Positions 21,389 to 31,889 of a DNA stretch of 64,000 bases are shown here, in pieces. The position numbers and the translations under genes are program-made. Under the pieces are notes generated by a model, which saw only the letters and a program-made list of their open reading frames with translations, did no database searches and was not told the DNA's origin. Source of the stretch: Phycisphaerae bacterium (GTDB taxonomy: Bacteria > Planctomycetota > Phycisphaerae > UBA1845); assembly GCA_963666835.2 (NCBI GenBank), contig CAXXGO010000006.1, forward strand, positions 288,001 through 352,000, given 5' to 3'. The stretch's first letter is position 1. Each line of letters opens with the position of its first letter.

Positions 21389-22036
21389 TCATTCCGAGAC
21401 CGTTTCGTCGGCGGGACTTTCCGACGCCCCCTTCGCCTCCCCGGTGAAGGACCGCATAATCAAACAGAACTCCTTAGCTTCGGCCGCAACGATATGCCGT
21501 TCCAGAAAGGCCTGCACTTCGGCGCGGGTAGCGGCGGGATGCACCAGATCGGCAGCTTGCAGTTCTTTTAGGAGCCGATCATCAACGGGAACGCCATGCC
21601 CCCCGAGACTCCACAACACGACGGATGCTACGGCATACTCGCCGGCGCCGTCCAGCTCCTCCAGATATTGCCGCGCTTCGCGGCGGCCCAGGTGCTTGAG
21701 GCGATCCAGCGAGAGCGTGTTCTCCCGGTCGAAGATAGACTGCAGAACGGTGATAAGCCGCTGACACGGGGCAAGCCGTTTTGAGTCCGGGTTGCCCATC
21801 GCGTCGTTGATCTCGGAAGGCCGGGAGACCCGGATCTCGTTCCAATCCACCATCGTCGCCAGAAGCTGATCGATGGCGCGCTGCGCTTCGACATCGCCCA
21901 CTACTTCGCCGATAACGGCCACTCCGAGCCGATGGAGCGGATCATCCGCTTCCGGAATCTCGGGCGTTGGAACCGTCTCGCGAAACTTGGCGTACGCCTT
22001 CTTCAGTCGCGTCCCGTAGAATGTTCCCTTCTTCAT
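21389..22036 (-). CDS. Degenerate HhH-GPD (endonuclease III-like) protein
   Basis: VDWNEIRVS, LEELDGAG HhH-like hairpin, PVD motif; no Fe-S cysteines. Confidence 0.7.
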   Translation of the reverse strand: MKKGTFYGTRLKKAYAKFRETVPTPEIPEADDPLHRLGVAVIGEVVGDVEAQRAIDQLLATMVDWNEIRVSRPSEINDAMGNPDSKRLAPCQRLITVLQSIFDRENTLSLDRLKHLGRREARQYLEELDGAGEYAVASVVLWSLGGHGVPVDDRLLKELQAADLVHPAATRAEVQAFLERHIVAAEAKEFCLIMRSFTGEAKGASESPADETVSE

Positions 22037-22488
22037 TCCTGTGACCTCTGCGCGTTTTCGTCGTCGTCGGCCTGCGGCAGCTCGTCAGACCCCGGATCCG
22101 CCTCGCCGTCGGCGTCCTCGTGCTCGTCGTCGAGCTCCCCGCGCTCCCTCCGATTCTCCGCCAAGATGTCCAAGGTCACTTGCACCTTCTTGGCACGCTC
22201 GTCGATTTCGAAGCGAAGTTCCGGACAGAGACGCAGGGAGACCTCCCGGGCCACCAGCCGCTGGATATACCCACCCGCGTGCCGGATGGCCTGTAGAGTC
22301 TGACGCTCCTGGACCTCGCCCCCGGACACGGTAAGGAAGACCTTGGCGATCAACAGATCACCACTCATTTCCACTCGCGTTATCGTCGTAAGCGGATCGA
22401 TGCGCGGATCCTGCACCCGGTGATGCACCGCTTCGGCGATCACGTCACGCAACACGCTGGCTAGTTTCTGCTTTCGGTATGGTTTCAT
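22033..22488 (-). CDS. rbfA: Ribosome-binding factor A
   Basis: VQDPRI..ITRVEMSGDL..AKV, LRLCPELRF; located in the infB operon. Confidence 0.95.
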   Translation of the reverse strand: MKPYRKQKLASVLRDVIAEAVHHRVQDPRIDPLTTITRVEMSGDLLIAKVFLTVSGGEVQERQTLQAIRHAGGYIQRLVAREVSLRLCPELRFEIDERAKKVQVTLDILAENRRERGELDDEHEDADGEADPGSDELPQADDDENAQRSQE

Positions 22489-22581
22489 TCGCGGTTCGCG
22501 TGCAACATCTACTCGACAATCGGAGATCGTCGCCCAAGGAGCCCCGATTCTGCCGTTCGCGCCGTTGTGGCAGACCCCCGA

Positions 22582-22863
22582 TCAAAGAAGCTCCCGTTCA
22601 TACTCCAAGAGCGTCAATCCGCCGCACCGTCGGACTAACTCGACGATCTTGTCCAATCGAGCGTGCAGGCCTCTGCTGTCTGACGAGACCATCGCCACCG
22701 CCAACCGGGAGCGCTTGGCGCTGTCTCTGAAGGCCACTTCCGATACGGACACGTTGAACGTGTTGCGGAGCTGTTGTTTGATGCTCTGAATAACGCGGCG
22801 TTTGTCCTTGAGTGATTGCGCGTCGAACAAGGCCAGCTCCAACGTCAACACTCCGACAATCAT
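22582..22863 (-). CDS. DUF503 (YlxP-like) protein
   Basis: SLKDKRRVIQS..FNVSVSEV; usual position between infB and rbfA. Confidence 0.9.
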   Translation of the reverse strand: MIVGVLTLELALFDAQSLKDKRRVIQSIKQQLRNTFNVSVSEVAFRDSAKRSRLAVAMVSSDSRGLHARLDKIVELVRRCGGLTLLEYERELL

Positions 22864-23992
22864 GGCTTAGCGTCACAAATCTCTTTCTCTCCGAAAAGGC
22901 CTCTGTGGATGTCGATCTCAAAGAGCCTGGTTTTCCCGTCGGTGGTCACGTACGGAATCACCCCGATCCTCTTTAGGGCCTCGATAATGAACGGCCAGTC
23001 CGCCTTCGGAACATTGTAGAGTTCCAGCTCACTCTCCACCTCACGAACGTCGAACCCATAACGGGTTTCCGAAGGGATAATCCCGTCCTGAATCAGCCGA
23101 GCGATCGACGATCCCGTTCCAACCTCATCGGAAACGCGCGGAAGAAACAGAGCCCGCACCCCCGCGGAACGTTCCTTGTGCATCACGACATTGTGATATT
23201 GGCGAACGATGAACTCCTGTCCCTCCGCCTTGTCGAACAGAACGACACTGCCGTCCTGCAGGAAATACTGCGTTATCAATCGCTCCTTCTGGGTGTTGCT
23301 CCTGGCGTCGCGTATCTGTCGACGCAGTTCCCGGTAGCCGGGGTAGTCACGGAAGGCCGGATGGCGGAGCGGCAGCACCACCTCCACAACGTATGTTCCG
23401 TCGCTGCGCACCCGGCAGGAATCGCCGGTACAGGACAGACAGTCCTTGTGACGGTAGATCCTCCCTTCCTCCGGGGCGTCCTCCTCCTTCATGAAGTAGA
23501 TGCCGGCTCCGGCAGGTGTGGAACCTACGTACATGTGGCCCGGCTGGACGGTCTTCTGCAGCCCATAACGAATCTCGGGCTTGGACGAATTGTCCGGTGC
23601 CGGTTTCGCCGGCTTGTCGTCCTCTCCATCCGACGGGTTGAAGACTATGTCCGCAAGCCCGCCGTCCTGAAACAACGGTTGGACGAACTTGCGGCCCACA
23701 AAAATGACAATGATGATGAGCAAGGCGGCGTAGCAGAGTTTAAGCACCACGGCGAACGGATTGAACTCCCCGGAGCGCCGGCGACGTGTGAAGACCCCCC
23801 ACTTCGCACCACGCTTCCGCTGCGCCGCAGACTCCTCGGTCTGCTGTACATCGGAGAACAGAAAATCCAACTCATCACCGGTGGTGTCAGGCACTTCGGC
23901 AGGTTTACCGCAGTACGAACAGCGGACCACCTCCCGGCATCCTCATCACGAGCCCGAACCGTATGACCACATTCAGCCTTGAATTCGATCAT
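22860..23992 (-). pseudogene. Zinc-ribbon membrane protein with a frameshift near 23932 (pseudogene or sequencing error)
   Basis: MIEFKAECGHTVRARDEDAG in one frame continues as VVRCSYCGK in another; together they form one zinc ribbon. Confidence 0.65.
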
Positions 23993-24086
23993 GTTTGCGC
24001 CTTCACCGTGCTCAAACTACCGACTGCGGCTTCGGCCGTTACCAGCCACGGCCTCTCCCCCGGCGATCCGGCTGGTGCGCAGAACC

Positions 24087-26906
24087 TCATAGGGTCCGCG
24101 CGGTCTTCACGATTTCGTACGTCTCGACAATATCCCCAACATGAAGATCGTCAAAATCCTCGATCCTGATGCCGCATTCCATACCCTGACGGACTTCCTT
24201 CGCATCGTCTTTGAACCGGCGCAGCGATGCAATCTTCGTCTCGTCGCGGATGATAACTCCGTCGCGAATGATCTTGGCGAAGTGGTTGCGGTTCACGACG
24301 CCGTCAGTCACGAACGACCCGGCAATCACGCCGCCGCGGCGACTCAGTCGGAACACCTCGCGAACCTCGGCGGTAGCCCGACGCTCAATCGACTCCTCGG
24401 GAGCCAGCAACCCTTCCAGAGCCTTCTTCACATCGTCGCAGACGTCGTAAATGACCTTGTAAGGCCTAACGTCGACCCCGTGCTCGTCCGCCAGCCGCCG
24501 CGCTCCGGTGGATACATCAACCCGGTAAGCCACGACAATCCCATCACACGCCGCCGCCAGGAGAATGTCGCTATCACTGACCGCTCCGACCGCGGAATGC
24601 CGGATCGTCAGACGGACCTCATCCGAGGGCAAATCTCCCAGAGACTGCCGCAGTGCCGCCAGGCTGCCGTCAACGTCCGCCTTGATGATGGCGTTGAGTT
24701 CCGGAATCTCGTCGGAGGTTCGCTGCTGCAGCATGTCCTGAAGAGTGCGGGCCTTACGCGTTTGCTGTCGACTACTCTCCACGCGGACCTGCTTGGTCTC
24801 CTCCGCAATCTCCTTGGCCCGCTGCAGGCTCTCTACCTGATAGAGCCGGTCACCTGAGATCGGCACGTCGTCCAGGCCCCACACCTCAACCGGCAGAGCC
24901 GGACCGGCCTCTTGGATTCGTTGCCCGGAATCGTTGAGCAACGCCCGGACCTTACCCGCGGCACCCCCGCAAGCTACGAAATCGCCGACCCGCAACGTGC
25001 CGTCTTGGATCAGCACTCGAATGACTGAGCCGACCCCCATCTTGGTTTCGGCCTCAATCACCGTCCCGGTGGCCGGGATCGTCGGGTCGGCCTTTAGCTC
25101 GAGCAGACCGCTCAACTCAGCCAAGTGCTCGACCAGCTCAGTTACCCCCTGTCCCGTCGTCGCGGAGGTCTCCAGCACATCGACCTCACCGCCCCACTCG
25201 CCGCTGGGCGTTAGTCCCAGCTCCGCGAGTTGCCCGAAGATCTTCAGTTTGTTGTCGTCTCCCAGATCGATCTTATTCAGGGCCACGACGATCGGGACTT
25301 CCGCGGCCTGGGCGTGGTGGATTGCCTCGATCGTCTGCGGCATGATGCCGTCATCCGCCGCAACCACCAGGACCACGACGTCGGTGATCTGCGCCCCGCG
25401 CGCCCGCATCGCCGTGAATGCCTCGTGCCCCGGAGTATCAAGAAAAGTCACGGCTCCGTGCGCCGTTTCCAGATGGTACGAGCTGATGTGCTGCGTGATT
25501 CCACCGTCCTCTCCGGCAGCTACGCGCGTGCGCCGCACGGCGTCCAGGAGGCTCGTTTTGCCGTGATCAACATGCCCCAGCATCGCCACCACCGGCGGAC
25601 GCGGCTGAGGGTTCTTGCGCTCACGCTGGGCAAACTCGTCCTCGATCACGTCCAGCAATGTCTTGGCGGGAACCACCGTTAACTCAATACCGAACTCCAA
25701 AGCCAGCAATTGCGCGGTCTCGGTGGGCAGCGTCATGTTAATGTTGGCCATCAAGTTGTGCTCGTTGCGCAGCACCTTGAACACCTGCATGAAGTTGACC
25801 CCGGTCTCCGAACAGAATTCCTTGATCCGAACCGGCTCTTGGACCCTGGCTTGCGTCTTCGGACCGGTGGCGGCCTTCTGGGCTCCGCCGGTCGTCTTAG
25901 CGGTCGTTCGATGGCGCGAGATTCTCCGCCCGGTCGCCCCGGCCAGGCGTTCTTTCCGTTCTTGCAGGTCTTGATCGCGCCACTCGGCCAGCCGTTCTCC
26001 CGCGTCCCGCAGAGTACCGGCGGCACGGCGCGGGTTTATCCGGCGGCGGCGGCCACTCGCGGCGCCCTGTTTCCCTGGCTCCGCGGGGATCGGCGGCGGC
26101 GGCGAGCTGTCCCCCAGGTCTATACTCTCTTCGCGTTTTGCCGCCGGGGGTCTGCGCCGGATTGGGCCCAGATCACGCTCAGGAGCTTCATACCGGACTA
26201 CGCGCGGGCCCTGAAGCTTCGCCGGTGCGGGCACGTGCTGCGGACCGGCCGGCTTGACCGGCTTGCGCGGTTTCGGCCGCTCTTCCGGAGTATGCTCGGC
26301 ATCCGGCGCCTCCTCCCTTGCAACTTCCGGGGTCGCCTCGGCAACAGGTTCACCCTCAGCCGGTGCTTCCGCGACAATCTCAGGTTCGGGCGAAGGCGCA
26401 GCGTCCGGCTCCGACGGAGCCTCAACCGCCTCGGCAACCTCCGCGATTTCCGGCGCAGGCGTCGGCTCAACGGTCTCGGCCTCGGCAACTACCTCGGGTA
26501 CTTCCGAAGCCGCTTCCGGCGGCTCGGGGGCGGCAGGCTCTGGGGCAACCACCGGCGCCGGCGGGACACTAACCTCCGCCACGAGCGGCGCTGCGGTCGA
26601 CGGCTCTGCCACGGCCACCGGTGGGCTCTCCTCGACGGCACTCGCCGGAGGCGCAGAGGTCTTGGCCTTCGCGCGCCGCGGCGAAATTCGAGTCTTCTTC
26701 AGATCGACCGGCTTGGCGGTTTCCAGCGCGTCATGGGACGACGCCTCACTGAACCACTCCCGAATGCTGGCGTGCAAGCCGGCCGTGAGGGTCGACATGT
26801 GGTTCTTAACCGTGTCGATACCTTCCGCCCGGCACTTTTCGATGATCGCTTTGCTGGGGACGTTCAACTCCTTTGCCAGGATATGAACGCGCATTTTCTC
26901 AGCCAA
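24087..26906 (-). CDS. infB: Translation initiation factor IF-2
   Basis: GHVDHGKTSLLD, GGITQHI, DTPGHEAF, NKID. Confidence 0.98.
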   Translation of the reverse strand: MAEKMRVHILAKELNVPSKAIIEKCRAEGIDTVKNHMSTLTAGLHASIREWFSEASSHDALETAKPVDLKKTRISPRRAKAKTSAPPASAVEESPPVAVAEPSTAAPLVAEVSVPPAPVVAPEPAAPEPPEAASEVPEVVAEAETVEPTPAPEIAEVAEAVEAPSEPDAAPSPEPEIVAEAPAEGEPVAEATPEVAREEAPDAEHTPEERPKPRKPVKPAGPQHVPAPAKLQGPRVVRYEAPERDLGPIRRRPPAAKREESIDLGDSSPPPPIPAEPGKQGAASGRRRRINPRRAAGTLRDAGERLAEWRDQDLQERKERLAGATGRRISRHRTTAKTTGGAQKAATGPKTQARVQEPVRIKEFCSETGVNFMQVFKVLRNEHNLMANINMTLPTETAQLLALEFGIELTVVPAKTLLDVIEDEFAQRERKNPQPRPPVVAMLGHVDHGKTSLLDAVRRTRVAAGEDGGITQHISSYHLETAHGAVTFLDTPGHEAFTAMRARGAQITDVVVLVVAADDGIMPQTIEAIHHAQAAEVPIVVALNKIDLGDDNKLKIFGQLAELGLTPSGEWGGEVDVLETSATTGQGVTELVEHLAELSGLLELKADPTIPATGTVIEAETKMGVGSVIRVLIQDGTLRVGDFVACGGAAGKVRALLNDSGQRIQEAGPALPVEVWGLDDVPISGDRLYQVESLQRAKEIAEETKQVRVESSRQQTRKARTLQDMLQQRTSDEIPELNAIIKADVDGSLAALRQSLGDLPSDEVRLTIRHSAVGAVSDSDILLAAACDGIVVAYRVDVSTGARRLADEHGVDVRPYKVIYDVCDDVKKALEGLLAPEESIERRATAEVREVFRLSRRGGVIAGSFVTDGVVNRNHFAKIIRDGVIIRDETKIASLRRFKDDAKEVRQGMECGIRIEDFDDLHVGDIVETYEIVKTARTL

Positions 26907-26981
26907 CGCCGATCTCCGTGCAGTAATCGTTCTATCTCGCCCCCCGCCGGGAATCCCCGCCGGGCAGCTTCACTTCCGGAC

Positions 26982-28403
26982 CTACGTCAGGTCACTCGAC
27001 TCGACCGGGGTTTGATCGTCGCTTTCCTCGGCCTCAGCCGAGACCTGCTCCGCCCGATCACTTCCCACATCCTCACCAACCGCCGCCGCTATCGACGGCT
27101 CCACCCCGCCGGACACTTGCGGCTCACTCTCAACCGTTCCGAGCGCCTCGGCCGATGCTTCCGCGTCCGGAGCATCTGTGCCGGCAAGAACGTCAGAGAG
27201 AGCTTCCGAGTCCGCCTGGGCGGCTTCAGCCGCGGCCTTCTTGGCCGCTTCATTCTCAGCCACAATGCGCTTGGCCTCTTCGGTGGCGATCTCCACGACT
27301 CGGTTCGCCAGGGTCTCCTCCAAACCGAGCTCGTCGACCAGGGGCTGGACGCCCACCTCTCCCAGATCGCCCAGGGAGATCATGCCCATCGCCAACATCT
27401 TATCGAGAACGACATCCTCGACGCCCTCAATGCCCTTGAGGGTGCGCTCCATGTCGTCCACGCTCTTGTTGTATTCCGCGGGTGTCAGAATATCGACATC
27501 CCAGCCGGTAAGCCGGGCTCCCAGCCGTACGTTCTGCCCGCGTTTCCCAATTGCCAGCGACAATTGGTCTTCTTCGACAATGACCGTGGCCCGTCCGAGT
27601 TCAAAACAGAGGAACACCTCTTTGATCTCCGCGGGTTTCAGCGCATTGGTAATCAAAACCTGCGACGACTCGTTCCAACGGACAATATCGATCTTCTCGC
27701 CGCCGAGCTCATCTACGATGTTCCGAATGCGGCTGCCGCGGACCCCGACACACGCCCCCACGGCGTCGACCTTGGAGTCGATTGACGAAACCGCCACCTT
27801 GGTGCGATAACCGGCCTCACGAGCCAGAGCCCGGATTTCGATCACCCGCTCGGCGACCTCCGGAACCTCCATCTCGAAGAGCTTTCGGATGTAGTCCGGG
27901 TGGGTTTGGGTCAGAATGATCCGAACCTGATTCTGCTCCTCGCGCACGTTCAGGATCATGCCGCGGACGCGTTCGCCCGGATGGTGCGTATCGCCGGGAA
28001 TCTGCTCGCTGCGCGGCAAGAAGCCCTCGCCACGCCCCAGATTGACCGTCAACCCGCCACTTTCATAGCGCGTCACCGTTCCGGTCACGACCGTACCGAC
28101 CCTCTCCGAGTATTCCTCAAAGACCGCACTACGTTCGTCCTCGCGGATTCGTTGGATCATGACCTGCTTGGCCGTCTGAGCAGCAATCCGCCCCAGAGTC
28201 TTCATGTCGATGGGGCTGCCGTCCGCCAGAGCCTCAATCTCTCCGCTCGAACGGTTTATCTTCACCACGACATCATCGGCGCCCTCGTCGGACTTCCGCA
28301 CCGCCGAGACCATAGCCGCCTCCAAATCGGCGAAGATGCTCTCCTTGTCGATGTTCTTGTCGCGGCTGATCGAGTCAATAAACCTGATTAGATCGGCATT
28401 CAT
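26982..28403 (-). CDS. nusA: Transcription termination factor NusA
   Basis: GRIAAQTAKQV, AREAGYRTK, GACVGVRGSRI, LSLAIGKRGQNVRL. Confidence 0.98.
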   Translation of the reverse strand: MNADLIRFIDSISRDKNIDKESIFADLEAAMVSAVRKSDEGADDVVVKINRSSGEIEALADGSPIDMKTLGRIAAQTAKQVMIQRIREDERSAVFEEYSERVGTVVTGTVTRYESGGLTVNLGRGEGFLPRSEQIPGDTHHPGERVRGMILNVREEQNQVRIILTQTHPDYIRKLFEMEVPEVAERVIEIRALAREAGYRTKVAVSSIDSKVDAVGACVGVRGSRIRNIVDELGGEKIDIVRWNESSQVLITNALKPAEIKEVFLCFELGRATVIVEEDQLSLAIGKRGQNVRLGARLTGWDVDILTPAEYNKSVDDMERTLKGIEGVEDVVLDKMLAMGMISLGDLGEVGVQPLVDELGLEETLANRVVEIATEEAKRIVAENEAAKKAAAEAAQADSEALSDVLAGTDAPDAEASAEALGTVESEPQVSGGVEPSIAAAVGEDVGSDRAEQVSAEAEESDDQTPVESSDLT

Positions 28404-28555
28404 AGCGGCTAGAACAATCCTGTTTGTCTGTGCTTCACCACTGTCGCACAGAAACCCGGCGTCTGTGCTCGCTTGTTTACGCCACCCAAAAGGCGACCAT
28501 CACAAACCAATCCGCCCGCCCGGACATCCGAAAACCGCCCCGGCAACCAAGCCAT

Positions 28556-28595
28556 AAAACAAAAAACGCGTGGGCGCGAACAGCACTCCCACGCG
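28556..28595 (-). promoter_or_regulatory. rimP-leader-like terminator hairpin in the nusA 5' leader
   Basis: Minus strand CGCGTGGG-loop-CCCACGCG followed by TTTTTTGTTTT, ~150 nt upstream of nusA. Confidence 0.7.
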
Positions 28596-29358
28596 GAGCT
28601 AAACCAACGGCGAATTGGAGGTCGCAACTCAGAGCATCGCGCCACTCCAGTCGGCCGGGCGCATTCGCCACGGCCCATAGCCGGACCCGTGCTGGAACAA
28701 ACTAGTCCGCACGAGTCAACACTCCACGTGTGGGCCCAACCAGGCTCACGACTTCATATCCTCACCCTTATGCACCAACCCGCCGGTAAGCCGTCCCCGG
28801 CCGTACCAACGAAGCGCACAACCCAACCCCGGCCGCTCCAACGAACGGGCCCGGGCTCAGACTCGGCCGGGAGAGACACGCTCCCAGTCAAGATGTTAAC
28901 TCGCAGATTATAAGACAGCACCGGCGCCTGTCAATTCGCCCTGCCCGGACTTTCCCCGCCCGCGCCACACCGTACCGCACTCAGCAGAGAATGCACCCTT
29001 GAGCACCGTCGCGGGTACACGCTACCATAGACCCCAACGCTTGCCCCGCAAAGGTACTCAGCAAGTAGAGAACGGCATATATAGTGCAGGCGGCTCTCAA
29101 TGAACGCTTGATATGGTGCAATGGGCCGAAACGCGCGCGCGAGGGCAATTGCAGCGAGAGTGTGGTGCCCCCGGCAGTAAGCAGCGGAACCTTGGCGGTT
29201 TACCGGTACCGCAGGCCCAAGGCCGGCACGGGCGGAAGGCTACGCAAAACGTCGCTCGAGCGCGGTCGGGTTATCGGCCCCCGAGCGGTCGTCCCCCGAG
29301 GCCGGGAGCTTGACGGCGCCTGCACAGCAGTGTTCGATGGTTTTGTTATCGGAGCCAT

Positions 29359-30714
29359 TTGATCATGACCTCACGACCTCGAGCAATCGTGTTGACAAGC
29401 TTGCTTGCCTGGATCCTAACCCCGACCGGGGCGACGGCAGATCCGCCCTCTACGCTGGATGGACTTGTCGTCCGGTTCTTTCACACGGACGATGTGGCCG
29501 AGCGGCGAGAGCTGAGCCAGGTAATCGCCCGCGCCGCCGACGGTTCCGTCGATGCCGTCGCCCAAGCGGTGCGCGAGGTCGACCTGTGGTCCGATATTGA
29601 GGGACACCCGTGCTTCATCTCGTTCGAACGTAGCGACGGAAGTGACGTAGACGTGTCATTACGCCTTCCGGACGGCTACGATCCCCGAAAGCCGTACCCG
29701 GTGCTTATCTGCATGCCCGATAACACCATAAATGCCTTGAACGCGCTCAGTGACGCCACTCGGGTTCTGGGCGACGCCATCCGCGGCTTCGTGCTGGTTT
29801 GCCCGCGCACACCGATCGGCGGCAGCTTCCACCAGCCGCTTGCCGCAAGTTCCGACACGGGTCGGTTCATGCGCGCGCTGCGCCGCCGAATCCACACGGA
29901 TACCAACCGGGTCTACCTCTTCGGCGCCGGGGCCGGCGGTGACCGCGCGTGGCTCTCGGCGATTATGCAAGCGGATTGGTTTGCAGGTGCCGTCGTCATG
30001 GCATCCTGTCCCCCGGCACCTTATACCGAGCAGGTCTATCCGCTGCTTTTGCCGAATCTGCGAAACGTCCCGGTCCTGTCGGCCTGGTCCCCCCCGAACG
30101 AAGAGCTGCCCTCAGACCATCGTTTCCGCATCGCGGCTCACAACCGCGGGATTGTCGAATTCGCCCGTCGGGCACGACTTCCGATTACCGGGCTCGAGTT
30201 GCCTTTTACCTCGCCGTTCTCAACGACCTTGCCACTTAGCCGCGTTACCCCGATCCTCACCCATTGCCGCCCCCCCGTCATCCGGAACGTTGCCCATCGG
30301 TTCCGTTACCCTGAACAAGGGCGGGCAAGTTGGCTGCGGATGGCGGAACCCCGCGAGCCAATCTGGCAAGCGGACCAGCTCGCAATCCTCCCGGCCGCAG
30401 GCACCGATCGGGACGCCTTCATCGCCGACACGGTAAGATCGCGGCTGCCCTTCCTCAGCGGCATCGTCGACGGCCAGACCCTCACCATTGAATCCCGCGG
30501 CTGCGCGCGGATCGACATACTCCTCACTGAAGGCCTTGTTGACCTCGATCAGCCGGTCACCGTCGTGTGCAATGGCCGAAAACGACACACCCAGCCGGCC
30601 GAGCCGAGCATCAAGACCCTCCTCGATACCGCCTACGAAGACTGGGACGTTCAGCGCCTGGTTTTTGCCAAGCTCTCGATTTCCATCCGCACCGACCCCG
30701 AACCGGATAATTGA
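29359..30714 (+). CDS. Secreted alpha/beta-hydrolase-fold protein (esterase-like); nucleophile Ser missing
   Basis: LPDGYDPRKPYPVLI and DTNRVYLFGAGAGG (GxSxG position reads GAGAG). Confidence 0.7.
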   Translation: MIMTSRPRAIVLTSLLAWILTPTGATADPPSTLDGLVVRFFHTDDVAERRELSQVIARAADGSVDAVAQAVREVDLWSDIEGHPCFISFERSDGSDVDVSLRLPDGYDPRKPYPVLICMPDNTINALNALSDATRVLGDAIRGFVLVCPRTPIGGSFHQPLAASSDTGRFMRALRRRIHTDTNRVYLFGAGAGGDRAWLSAIMQADWFAGAVVMASCPPAPYTEQVYPLLLPNLRNVPVLSAWSPPNEELPSDHRFRIAAHNRGIVEFARRARLPITGLELPFTSPFSTTLPLSRVTPILTHCRPPVIRNVAHRFRYPEQGRASWLRMAEPREPIWQADQLAILPAAGTDRDAFIADTVRSRLPFLSGIVDGQTLTIESRGCARIDILLTEGLVDLDQPVTVVCNGRKRHTQPAEPSIKTLLDTAYEDWDVQRLVFAKLSISIRTDPEPDN

Positions 30715-30843
30715 CGACGCGAGCCCACGCTATCCCCGCTCTTGACACCCTTTTGGGAAAGACGTATGTTCGGTTTTTGTTCTGGTCCACCTGGGGTGGG
30801 TGGACCGCATCTCGTTGTCATTCAACAGGGGGGGGGCAAACCA

Positions 30844-31851
30844 ATGAAAGAGGCATCCGACGCGCTTATACCGCTGACATCCGAGCAGCGCGAGCTGGTC
30901 CAGCGGAACTTAGGGCTCGTGGGTGTGCATTTGCGACGGTATGTGGGGAACCTCGCGGTATCGCGAAACACCCGCGAGTGGGACGATCTGTTTCAGGAGG
31001 GCTGCTTGGGCTTAATGCGCGCGGCCGTCGCCTTCCGAAAAGAGCGGGGTATTCCGTTTGCGGCCTTTGCGTTGCCGCGCATTCGTAACGCTGTCAGTCA
31101 CGCACTGCACTCCGAGTTCAGTATGATAAAGACCCCGTTCCGTTCGACCGGCGGCAAGGGGACGAACGATGCTCCGCAAGAATGCCGATCACGCCGACCC
31201 GCAGTCTGCAGTCTGTCCAACGGGTTGGAGACGACAATCGTGAACAAGCGGACGGACGGCGTAGATCCCTCGCCGGGTGAGACTATCGGGCAACGTCTAC
31301 GCACCAAGTACGAGCGGGCCGTGCGGCGCGTGGGGTCGCTCATGGCCGGGCAACCGTCCCCGCGCGGCGATCGAGATCGGTTGGTGCGACTGCTGGTTGA
31401 GGAGAGGTTCTTCGTTCCTCGCGAAGAGGACAAGCGGGCGCTGCGCCGAATTGCCCGCGATACGCAGTCTTCCTTCGCCCGCGTGGCCCAATGCGAGAAG
31501 CAACTCGCCGGCGCCGTGCGTGCCGTGCTCGAAGCCGACCCGGAGTTCAACACGCTACGGCAACTGGCTCGCCAAGACCCGCGAGGCCGGGACACACCAA
31601 TCGACCGTGAGGTCGAGGAGTCGCTCCGGGGTGCCGGTACTGACGAGTATATCCACCGATACCGCCGGGCTGATCCCCTGCATCGGGGCCGGATGCTCTA
31701 TTCGGTGCTACGCCAGTCCCCGGACGACGCCGAACAGCTTCTGCGCAGCAGGTTCGCGCGCCTGACCGATCGAACTCGCGAACACCTGCTCGATGACAGA
31801 CCGGGCCCGACCTGCCCTCGAAGGGAATCAGCGGTTTCGCACCCGGGGTAA
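30844..31851 (+). CDS. Sigma-70 family alternative sigma factor with C-terminal extension
   Basis: Region 2: NLGLV..DDLFQEGCLGLMRAA..F..ERG..FAAFA..RIR; region-4-like LRRIA..SFARVAQCEK. Confidence 0.8.
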   Translation: MKEASDALIPLTSEQRELVQRNLGLVGVHLRRYVGNLAVSRNTREWDDLFQEGCLGLMRAAVAFRKERGIPFAAFALPRIRNAVSHALHSEFSMIKTPFRSTGGKGTNDAPQECRSRRPAVCSLSNGLETTIVNKRTDGVDPSPGETIGQRLRTKYERAVRRVGSLMAGQPSPRGDRDRLVRLLVEERFFVPREEDKRALRRIARDTQSSFARVAQCEKQLAGAVRAVLEADPEFNTLRQLARQDPRGRDTPIDREVEESLRGAGTDEYIHRYRRADPLHRGRMLYSVLRQSPDDAEQLLRSRFARLTDRTREHLLDDRPGPTCPRRESAVSHPG

Positions 31852-31889
31852 TCGCACGGGCTAGGGTGAGTCCACCTCGGTAGCGGGTG

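Noticed and set aside
25710..27785. 691-aa plus-strand ORF
   Set aside because: Antisense shadow of infB/nusA caused by GC-rich codon bias; no motifs
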